The translations under genes and the position numbers were made by a program. Shown here one piece after another: positions 1 to 12,100 of a DNA stretch of 64,000 bases (position 1 is its first letter; each line of letters begins with the position of its first letter). Source of the DNA: Thelocarpon superellum (lineage: Eukaryota). Location: assembly GCA_026025795.1 (NCBI GenBank), contig JAPEUG010000006.1, positions 1-64,000 on the forward strand, read 5' to 3'. Below the pieces are notes generated by a model. That model saw nothing but the letters and a program-made list of their open reading frames with translations. It was not told where the DNA came from and did no database searches.

Positions 1-362
1 GCACCCAAATCCCTCAGAAACTCCGCCTGCACCGCCGTCATCCGGCTCAGGTTTTCCAGATCCGCAAGCCGCGCCTGTAACTGCGCCAGCTGTGAATGCA
101 GGTGGGCTAGTTGGCGCGGTTTGAGGCCTCCGCTCCCTGCGCCCGCTCCCGCTCCTGCGCCCGCTCCCGCTCCTGCGCCCGCTCCCGCTCCTGCGCCTGT
201 ACCTATATGCATGGTGGTGTTGGTTGCGTTGCTTGCTCCGCTGCCTACTCCACCACTCGCATGTGCATTGGCATTGACGTTCACGGTATGCATAGGTATG
301 TGGTGCGATGTGAGGTTCAAAGTGTGATTGCTTCCGGCGCCCGAGGGAGGAGGGGGAGTCAT
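1..362 (-). CDS. HSK3: DASH/Dam1 complex subunit Hsk3 (3'-partial, runs off left edge)
   Basis: Minus frame from ATG 362 reads ...GAGAGAGAGSGGLKPRQLAHLHSQLAQLQARLADLENLSRMTAVQAEFLRDLG, the typical Pezizomycotina Hsk3 core. It is missing from the ORF track because there is no stop in the window. Confidence 0.85.
   Translation of the reverse strand, partial: MTPPPPSGAGSNHTLNLTSHHIPMHTVNVNANAHASGGVGSGASNATNTTMHIGTGAGAGAGAGAGAGAGAGAGAGSGGLKPRQLAHLHSQLAQLQARLADLENLSRMTAVQAEFLRDLG
138..197. repeat. 18-bp tandem repeat (TGCGCCCGCTCCCGCTCC x3.3) encoding a Gly-Ala tract of Hsk3
   Basis: Units at 138, 156 and 174, plus a partial unit at 192. Confidence 0.9.
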
Positions 363-1587
363 TGTCTTAGCTTGGTTGTCGAGAGCTTGTTCGTAGAGGA
401 CCTGGTGTCGAGACCGAGGGTTTATGGTGGCGGGCGTGGTAGTCGTGGCGGAGACGACGGAGGGATGTCGCACGTTGACGATCTCGACCTTGGAAGGACG
501 TTCTAGCCTTATCGCTGCGGCTGTATGTCGTACTTCGTCCTACTGGTTGCTGTAGTCCTCGCCGTGCTCACTGGACTGAACGTGCTGGCGTTGCGCGTGT
601 TCGCTCCCCTCGAGAGTGTTGCCCTTGCCCTTGAATTGGGACGCGTTTGGTACACGACTAACTACTCCGTAGTCCCACAGTCCACTTCCAATGGTGGGGC
701 CGCGCGCGACGTGCTGCGTCGTCACGTGCGTTATTGGATCGTTGTCCGTGCCATCCATCTCACCATAACCTCTCTACCATTTCTTTCCTCGAACTTTCCC
801 ATGTGACCATTTGACAATCCCTCATAACGTTGATTGCCCGCATAATTTCTAACCTTCCCTTCTATTGTACCTTGTACCTCGTACCTTATGCCCTCCCTCC
901 GACCCTTCATCCACCCATTAGTCGCTCGAGACCCTTCCGACATCCCATAAGACCCGTTGTCCCCCATTCCCACGTTGAGCCATCCCTCCCGGCTCAAAGT
1001 AGGGTAGGAAAAGAGAAGAATGAATGGCTGGTCTAGAAGAATTGAAGGCGACAAAAGACAAGGCAGAGCCACCGACATCACATGTCGGGTTCCATTCAGA
1101 GCCATCAGGAGAAGCCATGATGCGGTCCAGCAAGAGAGCTTCAGCCACCACCACGCGATATGCATATGATCTGCCCCACACAACGTGACATGACGCAAAC
1201 AAATCCACCTCACAAATATACGAGGTCCGAGCCGGAACCGGAGAACTCTATAGGACCAAAGAAAAGAAGAGACCATCCACAATAGAAATCCCAAACAAAC
1301 GCTGACTCCATGCAAGGTATGACAATGTGAGGGAGAGAAACAAGGGAAGTTCAAGCCGGGGAAAGGTGTGTGCGGAAGCTAGGTGTGTACCGAGAAATGA
1401 GCAAGACCACCATGATGGCCATCTCGGCCTCTTCCGAGTTGCCCCTCGAGGCCCTAACGCTGTCGGCCCGGGAAGTTGTCCGCGTCTCGACACGGCATCT
1501 CCACATCGGGACCAAGGTCGTGTTTGATCATCGCCATTCCCTCCAGCCGATTCACCCTCGATTCGTCATCCACCGACCATCTCCCCT

Positions 1588-4302
1588 TCACCGAACGCCA
1601 ATGGGCTGACGAGGTCCCAGACTATCCTGACTGCTATGGGCCGAGGGCTCTGAATCAATATGGGCACTGGCTCCACTATCACCACTCTCCGCGCTAGCGC
1701 TCGCACTTCCCGTCAGACTTCGAACGTTCGGGGGCCCTTTTGGCGGATATAGATGGCTCACCCCAGCGTGTTGCTCGACTTGCTGTGGCGCAACTTGATT
1801 ACCGTGGCCAGGGGGGTATCGAGGGACGGGTTGACGCATCGCACCGGGAGGAGATGGTCGACCGTTGGGCCCGCCATAGCCGTTGGGCGGTGATGGTCGT
1901 CCGTGGTTGCGTGGGCTGGCACCGGGGCCCATGCTAGGCTGTAGTGCGCCATAGAGATGACCCGGAGATTGGCTGGTGCGACGACTCATGGGCGGATGAG
2001 GGTAGCCTCCGTTAGCCGCGCCCCCTTGTGATAGCTCCTCCAGCCGAGCGGCCGTCAAGGATCCCGCCCGCGACTCGTCCCCCATCTGAATTCGATCGAC
2101 CGCGCCGTACCGATTTGAGGCATACGACATCATCGGGTTGTCTTCCAAAGTTTCATGTGGGATCGGGGCATCGGCCACCAACCGCGCGCTGGTCCGGTTC
2201 CGCGCCATGTTCCCTCGCAGGCCCCCGAACGCCTGGCTAGCTCGTGCCGCCGGGCCGCCGGCTTCGGGGTTCTTTCGAAGCTGACTGACGCTCGGCGATT
2301 TCCGCGTGCGCCGCGACGTGAAGCTCATCATGTCGACGCTGTCGGGGTCGATCGGCGGTTGGGGTGGGTGACGGGGCGACGGGTCATAGTACTCGTCATC
2401 CTCATCATCATCGAAGCCCCCACGGTGCGAAGGAGGCGGCGGCCGTCGATTTCCCCGACGCATGCCAAACTCTTGCTCGCGAAGCGCTAACTCCCGCTGC
2501 CGTAGCATCAGCTCCTTCTCCCGCAGCGCCAGCGCGCTCGGCGATGGCCCGAAGCCATTCCCCATCTCGTTGTAGCCAGTGGCCCCATTCACGATCTCGC
2601 CTTCGGGAATCTCGTCGTAATGGACCAAGTGGCTGAACTCTTCCAAGTCGTTGGCTTCAAAAGATCCTCGTTGCGACGCGGGTGCCGGCGGTGGCGGGGG
2701 CCCACGAGGAGGATAATGGCCATTGGCCATCAGCGGTCGCGGGCCATAACCATTCATGGGCGGGGGACCACGTCGCATGCCAGGTGGGGGTGGGCCTCGA
2801 CTCATTCGCGGGCCCGGACCGGGGCCTGGTCCTGGTCCTGGCCCAGGTCCGGGACCGCCATTGCCATTCATCGGTGGCCGCGGCCTGGGCGCAGCAGGTA
2901 CTTGTTGTTGTTGCGGTGGTGGTAGCGGTAGTGGTGGGACCGCGGCAGTATTAGGAGAGATAGGCGCCGACACGGTTCGGGTCTGGTTGGCGATGTTGAC
3001 GTGGTGAAGCAAGGCGTACATTGTCTCAATCCGAGGAATGCGTACGTTGGAGCTTTCGGCAAGCTTGATGGGGGCGCCCAGGTAGGTCTCTACCTCCATC
3101 GGACGTTTCGCCACAAAGTCCTGGTACATGATACTCTGGACCTCCGACGGCTGTAGCATGGTCTCCATGAGCGTCGGCTTGAAGTCGGCTCCAAACGAGC
3201 ACCCCTGCGACGAGGCAATCTGGATGAGTTCCTCGATGACGTCCACAATCATGGATCGGACTCCAGGCAACTCAATGAGGTCGGCGTGTTTCGGGGTCTC
3301 GAAGAGCACGCTGGCAGGATGGAAGGCGATGGGTCTGCGGCGGTTAGCGACTGTACCGAACTGAGACCGAGATTTGTCATATGACGAACCCAATCATTCT
3401 TTCGTACTGTTGCTGGCGAATATTCTGCGACACCCTGCAGTTCACTTGGCCGCTATTGAGGGTCATGGCCAGGGCCTCAGCCATGTCGGATTGGATAGTG
3501 GCAGGGATGGCGGGGTTCTTGTTTGCAGGTCCCACCCAGACTTCGGTCGAGCCGGAATGCTCGAATTCGCTCGCGCCCAATTGGCTGACCTCGGCCAGGG
3601 AGACCAGCGACAAGACGACATTAGTGGGGAAGCGCTCTTCGAGGAGATTCTCAACGCCAAGGGTATGGGTGGTGTTGACGAGGATGCAGGTGTGCTGAGG
3701 AGTGACGACGGATTCAATCACAGCAGCGAGATCGTAGACGTCGGGCAGGGCCTTGACACACAGCAGGACGTAGTCAAACGCCCCGCTCTGGCCCGAGGCC
3801 TCTTCCGGTGATCGGACGACTGCAGATAATCAGCACTGGTGATAATGACTTTCGTTGCCGGAAAACGCACCATGACGGGGTTTGAAGCGTTCATTGCCAA
3901 AGAGTTTCGAGCTGGAGGTGATGGGTCAGCACAAGAGGATCATTGGCTTCTCGAGCAGTCCACATACCGAAAGGAGATACCGTATTGATGCACGGATTCA
4001 AAGCCGGCCTTCCAGACGAGGGTGACGTCGCAGGCATTGGTGGCTTGAAGTCTCCAGGATAAGAATGCGGAGACTGCGTTGCCGCCCACTACACAACATC
4101 GAGTCAGATCATCGAGGGGAATCATGCTGGGCGACATGGCGACGAGAGCATGAGACGGGATGATGAAGGGTCGGAGAGATCTCTAGATTGGGGATGATAG
4201 ATCTGCACCGGAGCGGCACCATCAAGAGAGATGGCGGAGGAGTGCGAGAAAAGATCTGAACGAACCTGAGAGGATTCGCAAGCGAGGCGCGGCTGAAGCC
4301 AT
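1588..4302 (-). CDS. Ketopantoate reductase (ApbA/PanE)-like protein with long Pro/Gly-rich C-terminus, SVL3/PAM1 type; multi-exon
   Basis: Exon 1 4302-4266 (MASAAPRLRILS) splices GT..AG to exon 2 (VGGNAVSAFLSWRLQATNACDVTLVWK). Later exons match ORFs 3377-3721 and 1588-3393 (SIMYQDF...RPMEVETYLG). Confidence 0.85.
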
Positions 4303-6857
4303 CGTGGCCGTCAAGCGTCGAAGAACGAGGGGCGGTGGCGGTGGGTTGAGTGATTCGTGGCTGCCCGGTGCTGGCGCCCCCAATAGAGATTGCGGTGCAG
4401 GGTGGGCGTCTCTGGCTTAAGGTACTTGCCCTCAATCGGCCAAGCAGGCCACCCGCGAGCTTGGCGCGCCACCAGCCTAACGAGCGATGATGGTCTTCCG
4501 GCGCGAGAACGGTGGATCCCTTTCGAAAGAGCGGAGGAGAACGAGTGACGGGGACGAAGGGGGATGGTTGGACGCGATGGCACCCAGGACTGAGCCGCGG
4601 ACGTTGTTGCCAAGGTCTCTATTGTCGCGAACGGACGCGTGGTAACGGCGACGCTCGGGACGCCGGACTGGGCAACGACGGCCGTGACCAGGGAGCGTTC
4701 ACGGTGGTGCTGTTGGTGGTGTGTCGAGCTGTCCTGTCCACGGTCGGGGAGTACGACCTTGCTGGATCGGGCAAGGACGGGGGTGGGCGGCGGGATCGTG
4801 GAGGCCGATGAGGTGTCCCCAGGGCCCAGCGGCAGGGTAGAGTTAGACGGTGAGAGGAGGGAGGAGGGAGGCGGTGCGTGCCCGGTAACACGAAGGAAAG
4901 GACGGAGCGTGAGGGATCGGCGCGACGTGCAATTGGGAGCGAGCCACTGTGGCCGTCAGCCTCTCGCGACTATTGAATAATGGCGTCTGGCGGCGACGAC
5001 GGGCGGCGGCTGGCCGACGTGTGGACGTGTGTAGACCCGTACGTGACGGTGGGCAGAGGCTGCCGCTGAAATAACGAGCAAGACGTGGGCTGACAATCGG
5101 GAAAGATCGATCGACGCCGGACCGTCCCACAGTGGAATTGGCACTCGCTGGCCGCAGTCGTACGGAGACAACTGGAGAGGGCCCTCTGGCAGACCAAGAC
5201 GTCTTCGTGGCAGGGAGAAATTTTGATTGGGTTTCAGGAAACGGCGACGAGTAGCGACTGCGACCGGGCCACACCAGCGGAACACCCGTACGGCGGAGGG
5301 GATTGCAGTACCCACGCAGAAAAGGCACTCGCGAACTCCTTCGACCCTCACCAACGCGGCCGGGTCCGCTGTCACCTGTGAAGAATGTCTAGCACGAGAG
5401 CGAGTGCGGCCTTTGCTACAACCTCGACCACTCCAGCCCGCAGCTACGACGAACTCTTTCCCACGGGATCCCTATCGGGAGGTCCCCGTGTCAGCTCCCA
5501 GGACTGACAACAAAGGCCCGCGGATGATACGAGCATGAAATCCTCCTTGCCTACCTAGGCATGGACGGGCTGGTATCTCATCGATGCAGAAAGGGTGCCC
5601 AAGCATAACCAAGGGCGATCAAGGACTGACCAACGGGTACAAGATAGCTCCCCGCCACCGCTACGGCCAGTAGGCGTCCGAGTCTCTCCATCGATTTGCC
5701 GAGGTGAGGTGTTTGATGGGAAGGCGTGCGCCGCAAAATCGTACGTCCGGAGAGAGGCTACTGCACCTGCTGGCAGGGTATAGCGGACGGGGGAGGATGG
5801 CAGTGCTGCACGCCAGACGCTTTGCACGAGAATTCGGGCCACTATTTTCCAGACGATGGCTGGTCACTGTTGCTGACTGACGCAGCCCCCATAAGCGAAC
5901 ACTCGAGCGGGCACTGGTACGGACCGAGACACGCTCGACTCCCGCTAGACGAAATTAATCGTCAGCTATCCATTACGTTCTACGCACCCGACCAAAGCAG
6001 TGGGAACGGACCTAACAGCAACACCACTCCTCTGTCCTGCAGCATACCAGGCGGCGGATAGCTTGCCGGGGCATCGCCAGCAGTTACCTCGCGTGGCTCC
6101 GTGCGGAACGACGACCTTGCCGCGAGTTGGAGGACCCCGCTCCATGCATCGTTGGTTCCCCACAGTTTCGAGGGGCCACAAACCATCACGTGGTTGGCTG
6201 AAGGCTTCCGACGTGCTGGAGCATGAGGTTGGGAAATAAGGTCGGCTCCGACAGCTTATGCTCCTGCTCCCCCCGCAAGTGTTTGACCCGAACCCGTAGC
6301 GTACACTGGCGTCGGGTGAGAGGTTACTCTTTCCCTCAACGCTGGGATGCTTCGTTGTACGTCGCCATGCTGGTGGCGGGACCGCAGTCTCTCTCGCTCG
6401 TTTGTTTGACCGATAGGGCAGAGAGAGATGGCGGCGTGCACTGGAGGAGGGCCGACGCGCGGAACGAGGTGCAGCAAACGCGAACCACCCTCGTATCCTC
6501 TAGTTAGTGGCGTAGCCGGACGCGAAGTATTGATCGGCTTCATGCGGCATAGCTCGCTTCTCGGTCGGACTCGATAGGCCTAGGGTACGATGAAAATAAC
6601 CTTTGCTTTTCATCTGCTAAGTCCACCTGGGTTATGTGATAAGGGCTACGAGAACTTTGGCCCCCATAGACCCCCTTTCTTGTCGCTCGTCTCGTCGTCG
6701 AGAGTCATGGGACAGAAGTGGCATGGGTCGTTGTCGGGATCGACGTTTAGTATTAAACATCATCTTGACGTACGTCGCCGCCTGGGCCAGGGACGCGACC
6801 ATGCTCTGCGTGACGATAACTGATTGACCTTACCGGCAGGCTGAACCGTAGGTGACG

Positions 6858-8848
6858 CTAGGTCTCCGTTTGCACCACTTCACCGCCAACATTGCAGGTA
6901 TAACCTGAACTGCATCGTATTCCTACGGATGAAAGATGGAAGATGTCCCGCGGATTGCCAGCGCGAACTTGGCTTCCCCCGGGGACTGGTAGGCACCGAG
7001 TCTCCTTAAGATTATCCACATTCCCGGCTCTCGGACCCGAATAAGGCTCGGCCACCGGGCTCGACCAAGCTTCAGCTCGGTTGACGCGGCCGTAGGAGTT
7101 ACAAAGAGACATGCAGAGTTTTTGGACCGGGAAGAGAGGGTTCATGACAGCGTCGCCCAGCCACTCGTTCGTGCAATCACTCGTTCGTTTGTCCAATCGA
7201 TTGGGTAGTTACGGTAGTCGAGCCCCGCTGCAGAGTAGCTGCTCCATCTTACATTAACATGCAGACCTCCGCCATCAGGCAAAAGTGGGTCCGTTACGCA
7301 CCCTGTCGATCATGTGCGAAAGCCAGTAATGTTGAGGGTGCTATGTGCTAATTCAGACTCAAGCTATGGTCCTGAGACCAAGTATGTGACCAGACCTTGA
7401 TTCTGCCTTCGTACAAGCACCCCTGGGTTACTGCCGTACTTGCACAGCACAATTGTCCTGGAACTACTCGGCAGGACTCGGTCGCCGTCGAGTATGACGG
7501 ACGGAAAGGCGAAGTCTCGGCTCAAGCTGACCCGGCCGCCACAGATCGAGCGTTGCCGCGCCCAGGTGCAGATCGTTGAACTGAGGGTTTCTCGCTTGTG
7601 GCCCCAAGCTTTCGTTGGCTCATGTTGAAGTTGGCGGCAGCCACGCCACGACGATCAGCGGCACGGCACTTCGAGGAGCCGAAGTCACGTGATATGTCAG
7701 CTGATGGTCTTGAGCCCTCCTTTGGCTTGTGTGACGACGAGGCCAACAGCTAGGTGGAAATAGGAGACATAGTCAATAGGAGTTAATGTTGCAGCTCCTT
7801 AGGGCTCATAGACCTATTCCTGACTCCACCGTTGTGCTCGAGCTGAACGCTGGAGCTCTTCTGGCTCGTAGCAAGGCTTGGTATACGCAGTGCGGAAGGT
7901 TATATGCTACCTCAGATAACCCACATGTGACTTTTCTTCCTACAGCGAGGCGCGGAGCTTCCAGCTCTACACAATAGCCGCTGCTGCAATAAGTGGTGGG
8001 AGGCGACTGTGACCAGAGGCAGTTCGTGGTAACAGGCAACTGCACAAGCTTCGGAGTCAGTTGTCGTGCTCTTCCAATGATCCTGGTCTTGTGCCCAGCC
8101 AATATGATGCCTATAGTAGCCAAGGATTACTGGCAGAAATCCTGTCGCATGGCAACCCGCCGAATGGTTCTCGACGTCATTCGGACTCGAGCGGCTTGCT
8201 CCTTGTCGAGAACCTGCCATTCATTTGGACGTCGCAGGGTCTCGGGATAGTGCGGTCGGGTTGCTTGTCGAAGAACGTTGCCATCTCACAAGTGTTTGGT
8301 TTGTGAATCGTTCAGTACCACGCTGTCGACTCTCCCAGGACGCCACCTCTTGACTTGTCACAAGATTTATGTAGACATGTGGGTGATGTGAATGTAGAAT
8401 TTCTTGCATGAACCTTGCCCTATGTGTTAACCTTAAGCTAAGTGTCGATGTGGACCTGATTGCATTTAAGAGTGCTAGTCCTAGGGACATTGCTTTGATA
8501 CAAAGTGGAGCTGGGACGAGGTGATGTCAATGCGAATTATTTCAGTCGTGCCATTTCTCTTCTAAGCACAATCGATGCCAGTCTGTTTCGCGGACAAAAT
8601 CGAACACGGATCTAGACGCATGGTTCAAAGGAGACCGCGACATGTCTGGCGCACATTGGCGGCTGTTGGAACCGTCAGATGGTCAACCATTGCTTCCCAC
8701 AGAAGGTGCAGGGCCGCAGATTGCTGAGGTTACTGATTAGCTTGTTTCGTCCTGTCACGTCGATGTTCTGCTGGAGTACACACCTTCATACCCAACAGGG
8801 TTGCTCCAGCGGGTGCAGGAATAATTGTATTGAAAATACCCATCTTGG
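6858..8848 (-). pseudogene. Possible 3' part of a highly decayed cellular RNA-dependent RNA polymerase (RdRP) gene
   Basis: Degenerate motifs in the expected order but different frames: TLYQSNV ~8506-8486 (cf. LHPGDV), DGN/FF..IP ~8285-8250 (cf. DLDGD.Y/F..WD..L.P), IGIILAGH...KLVQL ~8115-8040 (cf. LGIIA.H...LA.L), SYG...AE..S ~7100. Eyeballed only. Confidence 0.35.
7730..7971 (-). mobile_element. Diverged solo LTR related to the gypsy LTRs, in opposite orientation
   Basis: Aligns with the reverse complement of 8854-9110 (tgtgacgacga.., gacatagtcaat, tagggctcatagacctat, ggagcttccagctctaca). Ends are TG..CA; no clear TSD. Confidence 0.8.
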
Positions 8849-8853
8849 CAGAC

Positions 8854-9110
8854 TGTGAGGCTGGGAGCTCCACACCTCGCCACGAGGATAGGAGTGATCA
8901 TGTGATGGCCACGTGATGGTCACATGATACAGCATGTGACCTAGCACGCTGTATATAAACCAAGTCCCACTGTGAGCTAGCAGAGCCCCAGCATTCAACT
9001 TGAGTAACACAAGGAGGCTAGTCATAGGTCTATGAGCCCTAGGAGCCATGGAGTCAACTCCATTGACTATGTCTACTGTTTCTGCCTAGCTGTAGGCCTT
9101 TGTTGTCACA
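8854..9110 (+). repeat. LTR1 (5' LTR)
   Basis: TGTGAGG...TGTCACA, 257 bp, internal TATA-like gtatataaac. Confidence 0.95.
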
Positions 9111-9185
9111 GTTTTGAACACTCAGATACCTAGCAGGGTGCTAGCTGGAACCAGTCAGACAGGCACCATAGTGGAGACTCAAGCA

Positions 9186-12100
9186 ATGTCCTACCTAGGA
9201 GCCACACAGGGGTCAAGCAGACCTAACACCAAGACCAGGATTGACAACATCAACACCAACACCAAGATCTTAGTAGACAGCCAACAAGACTATGAGATCC
9301 AGCAGGCCTCAACAAGCACAGAAGCCCCTACACCACCTACAGCCACAATATCCTACCTACAACACAAGCAGACCCTTGAAGAACAGCTGTGTGTCCTTAA
9401 GGAGGAAGCTGATATTTGAAAACTTGAGCAAGAGATTGCTAGGTGGCAGAGCTGTGCAACAGATACCACACCTAGAGAAACAACCAATAAGACCTCTAGA
9501 GAAACACAGCTTGACACTGCACCCAAGTAGACAGCCAGGAACACTCCCCAACAACAACCCCATTCACCTAACTTGTCTGCATCCTTAGGCACTATGTGGA
9601 AGCAACACAGAGAGGAGAAGGACAGGGATGTGGGTAATCCACCCTACTATGATAGTTGCATCTACAACAAGTGGCAATACTAGGTCTACTGTGTCAAACA
9701 CCTTCTACAAACCAAGCTGTACACCTATAAGACAGATGAGGACTAGCTTACCCTTGTGAGCAACTAGCTAGGGCCTGGCATAGTCAACCAGTTTGTACAC
9801 AAGCAAGCAGGGGCCACACCACTAACAACCTAGAAGGAAGTCAAAGACTTCTTCTAACTTTTGATCAACTCTAGCAACACCCAAGCTAACAGTGCAGCAC
9901 AGTTATACTACAGAGCAAAGCAGAAGCCAGGACAGGACCTATTCTGCTTTGTATCCTACCTGGAATCACTAGAGGACCTCATGGACCCCATCAATGACAC
10001 AGCTTGTGTCAGAGTGCTATGGGCTGGCTTGTTACTAGAGATACAACAAGAACTCAACACTAAGGACAAACACCCCACTAATCGAAAGAGCCTGATAGCA
10101 GAGGTGTCCAAGGTTCAGCAACTCCTGAACCCTCAGGCTGCAAGCAGGGCCCTAGGGCTAGGCTTGGGGCCCAAACAGGGCTACAGATCAGTGCCACAGC
10201 TGTGTAGAAGCAGTCAATCAATGTCATAGTCAGGCCAATCCCTACCAAACCAGTTGACAGGAGGGAGCTGTACATAGAACCACATGTCTGCTCTATCAAC
10301 ATCAAACACCTCATCCACATCAACTAAGCCCTAGGACTATAGCAGTAGTTCAACCTATACAACATTGAAGGGGTTTAGTAGTGAATGCAACTAGTGTAGC
10401 TACAAGGGCCATAAGGAGAAAGACTGCTATAGCAAGAAGCAAGGGAAGCCAGCACACAACCCAAAAGCAGGGGCTTAGTAGACATTGTGTTAGTGCTACT
10501 AAGTTGCTATTCTAAGACTGATGCAAGATGATTGGTTGTCCTGATTGAGATCCTGTAAGACAACAGGACAGTTGCAGCCATAGCACTAATCAATTCCAGA
10601 GCAGAACAAAACTTTGTGTCACATCTGCTAGCTAAGGAGCTGTAGCTACATGACTGCAACAAGCCTGCCCTATGGGTAATAGCATTCAGGGGACATCACA
10701 TCCCTACATATAGGGTCAAGCAGTTGACTAGCTGTGCCAGAGATAGCAAAGGGCAGGTCCTAGACTCAAGGGACTCCTTTGTGGCTACACTATTCAACTA
10801 GTACAAGATGGTTCTAGGTTACCTATGGCTTGACAAGCACAACCTAGACATCTGCTAGACAACAAAGACATAGACTCACAGGGGCAAGATCCTGTAGCAG
10901 TGCAACAATGTCACAATTGTGAAGGCCCAAGAGCTGGCTGCTGTGGTAGAGCAGGAGCACATCAGTGTCCTTGCAATCCACATGTCCTACAAGGACAACA
11001 ACTAACAAGAGCACTACATTATGGTAGCTGTGTCTACTAGTCAATCTATACCACCTGAATACTCTGACCTTGAGCAGGTCTTCTCTAAGGAGCTAGCAAA
11101 CCAGCTACCACAACATAGGCCACATGACATGGCTATTGACCTCACAGAGGGAGAGCCACTATAGGGGCCCCTCTACAACCTATCAGCTACAGAGCTGAGT
11201 GTCCTCAAGGACTACATGGAAACCAACCTAGAAAAGGGGTTCATCCAGCATTCCAAGTTGCTAGCAGGAGCCTCTGTCCTCTTTGTGCCTAAGCTAGGTA
11301 GGGGACTGCAACTCTGCATAGACTACAGGGGTCTCAATAAGATCACTAAGAAGAACTAGCACCTACTGCCATTGATCAGCAAGTTGCTAGATTGACTCTT
11401 GTAGAGCAAGGTGTTCACCAAGCTCAATGTATGCACTGTGTACAACCTGATCTGCATCAAGGACAGGGATGAGTAGAAGACAGCCTTCTAAACAAGATAT
11501 AGACACTTTGAATACTAGGTGATGCTATTTAGGCTTGTCAACACCCCTGCTACATTCTAGAGCTATATCAATAGAGGACTAGCAGAATACCTAGATGACT
11601 TCTACATAGTATACTTGGACAACATTGTTATATACAGTGAAGTCAAGGCCAAGCACACACAGCACATGCACAAGGTGCTTGAACACCTCCTACACCTTGG
11701 CCTATTTCTCAAGCTAGAAAAGTGCTAGTTCAATGTTGACAGAGTCCCCTTTGTGGGGTATGTCATCATGCCTCAGGGGGTCTATATAGACCCTAGCAAG
11801 GTAGAAGCTATTGCAGAATGGCCAGCTCCCAAGACTACAAGGGATATCCAATCATTCATTAGATTTGTGAACTTCTACAGGCACTTCATCAAGGGCTTTG
11901 CAGAGCTTGCACAGCCACTCAATGTGCTAGTGAAGACACTAAGCAAGAAGTCAAACATGCCTGTGGTGTTGACACAGGAAGCTCACTGCTCCTTTGAGCA
12001 ACTATGCAACACCTTCACCAAGGCACTGGTCTTAGGCCACTTTGATCCCTACCTCCCCCTATAGGTTGAGACAGACACCTCACAGATAGGCATCTCAGGA

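Noticed and set aside
111..506. Plus-strand ORFs with PAPAPA / CARSRS repeats
   Set aside because: Antisense shadows of the HSK3 Gly-Ala repeat.
525..1580. Short ORFs, including a hydrophobic 93-aa ORF at 525-806
   Set aside because: No recognisable motif or consistent splice model; could be UTR or promoter DNA.
4310..6850. Numerous 60-160 aa ORFs
   Set aside because: Arg/Pro-rich random-looking translations expected in GC-rich intergenic DNA.
8660..8700. MVDHLTVP as the RdRP 'MVDCVVFP'-like motif
   Set aside because: Out of order relative to the LHPGD-like motif, so not counted as evidence.
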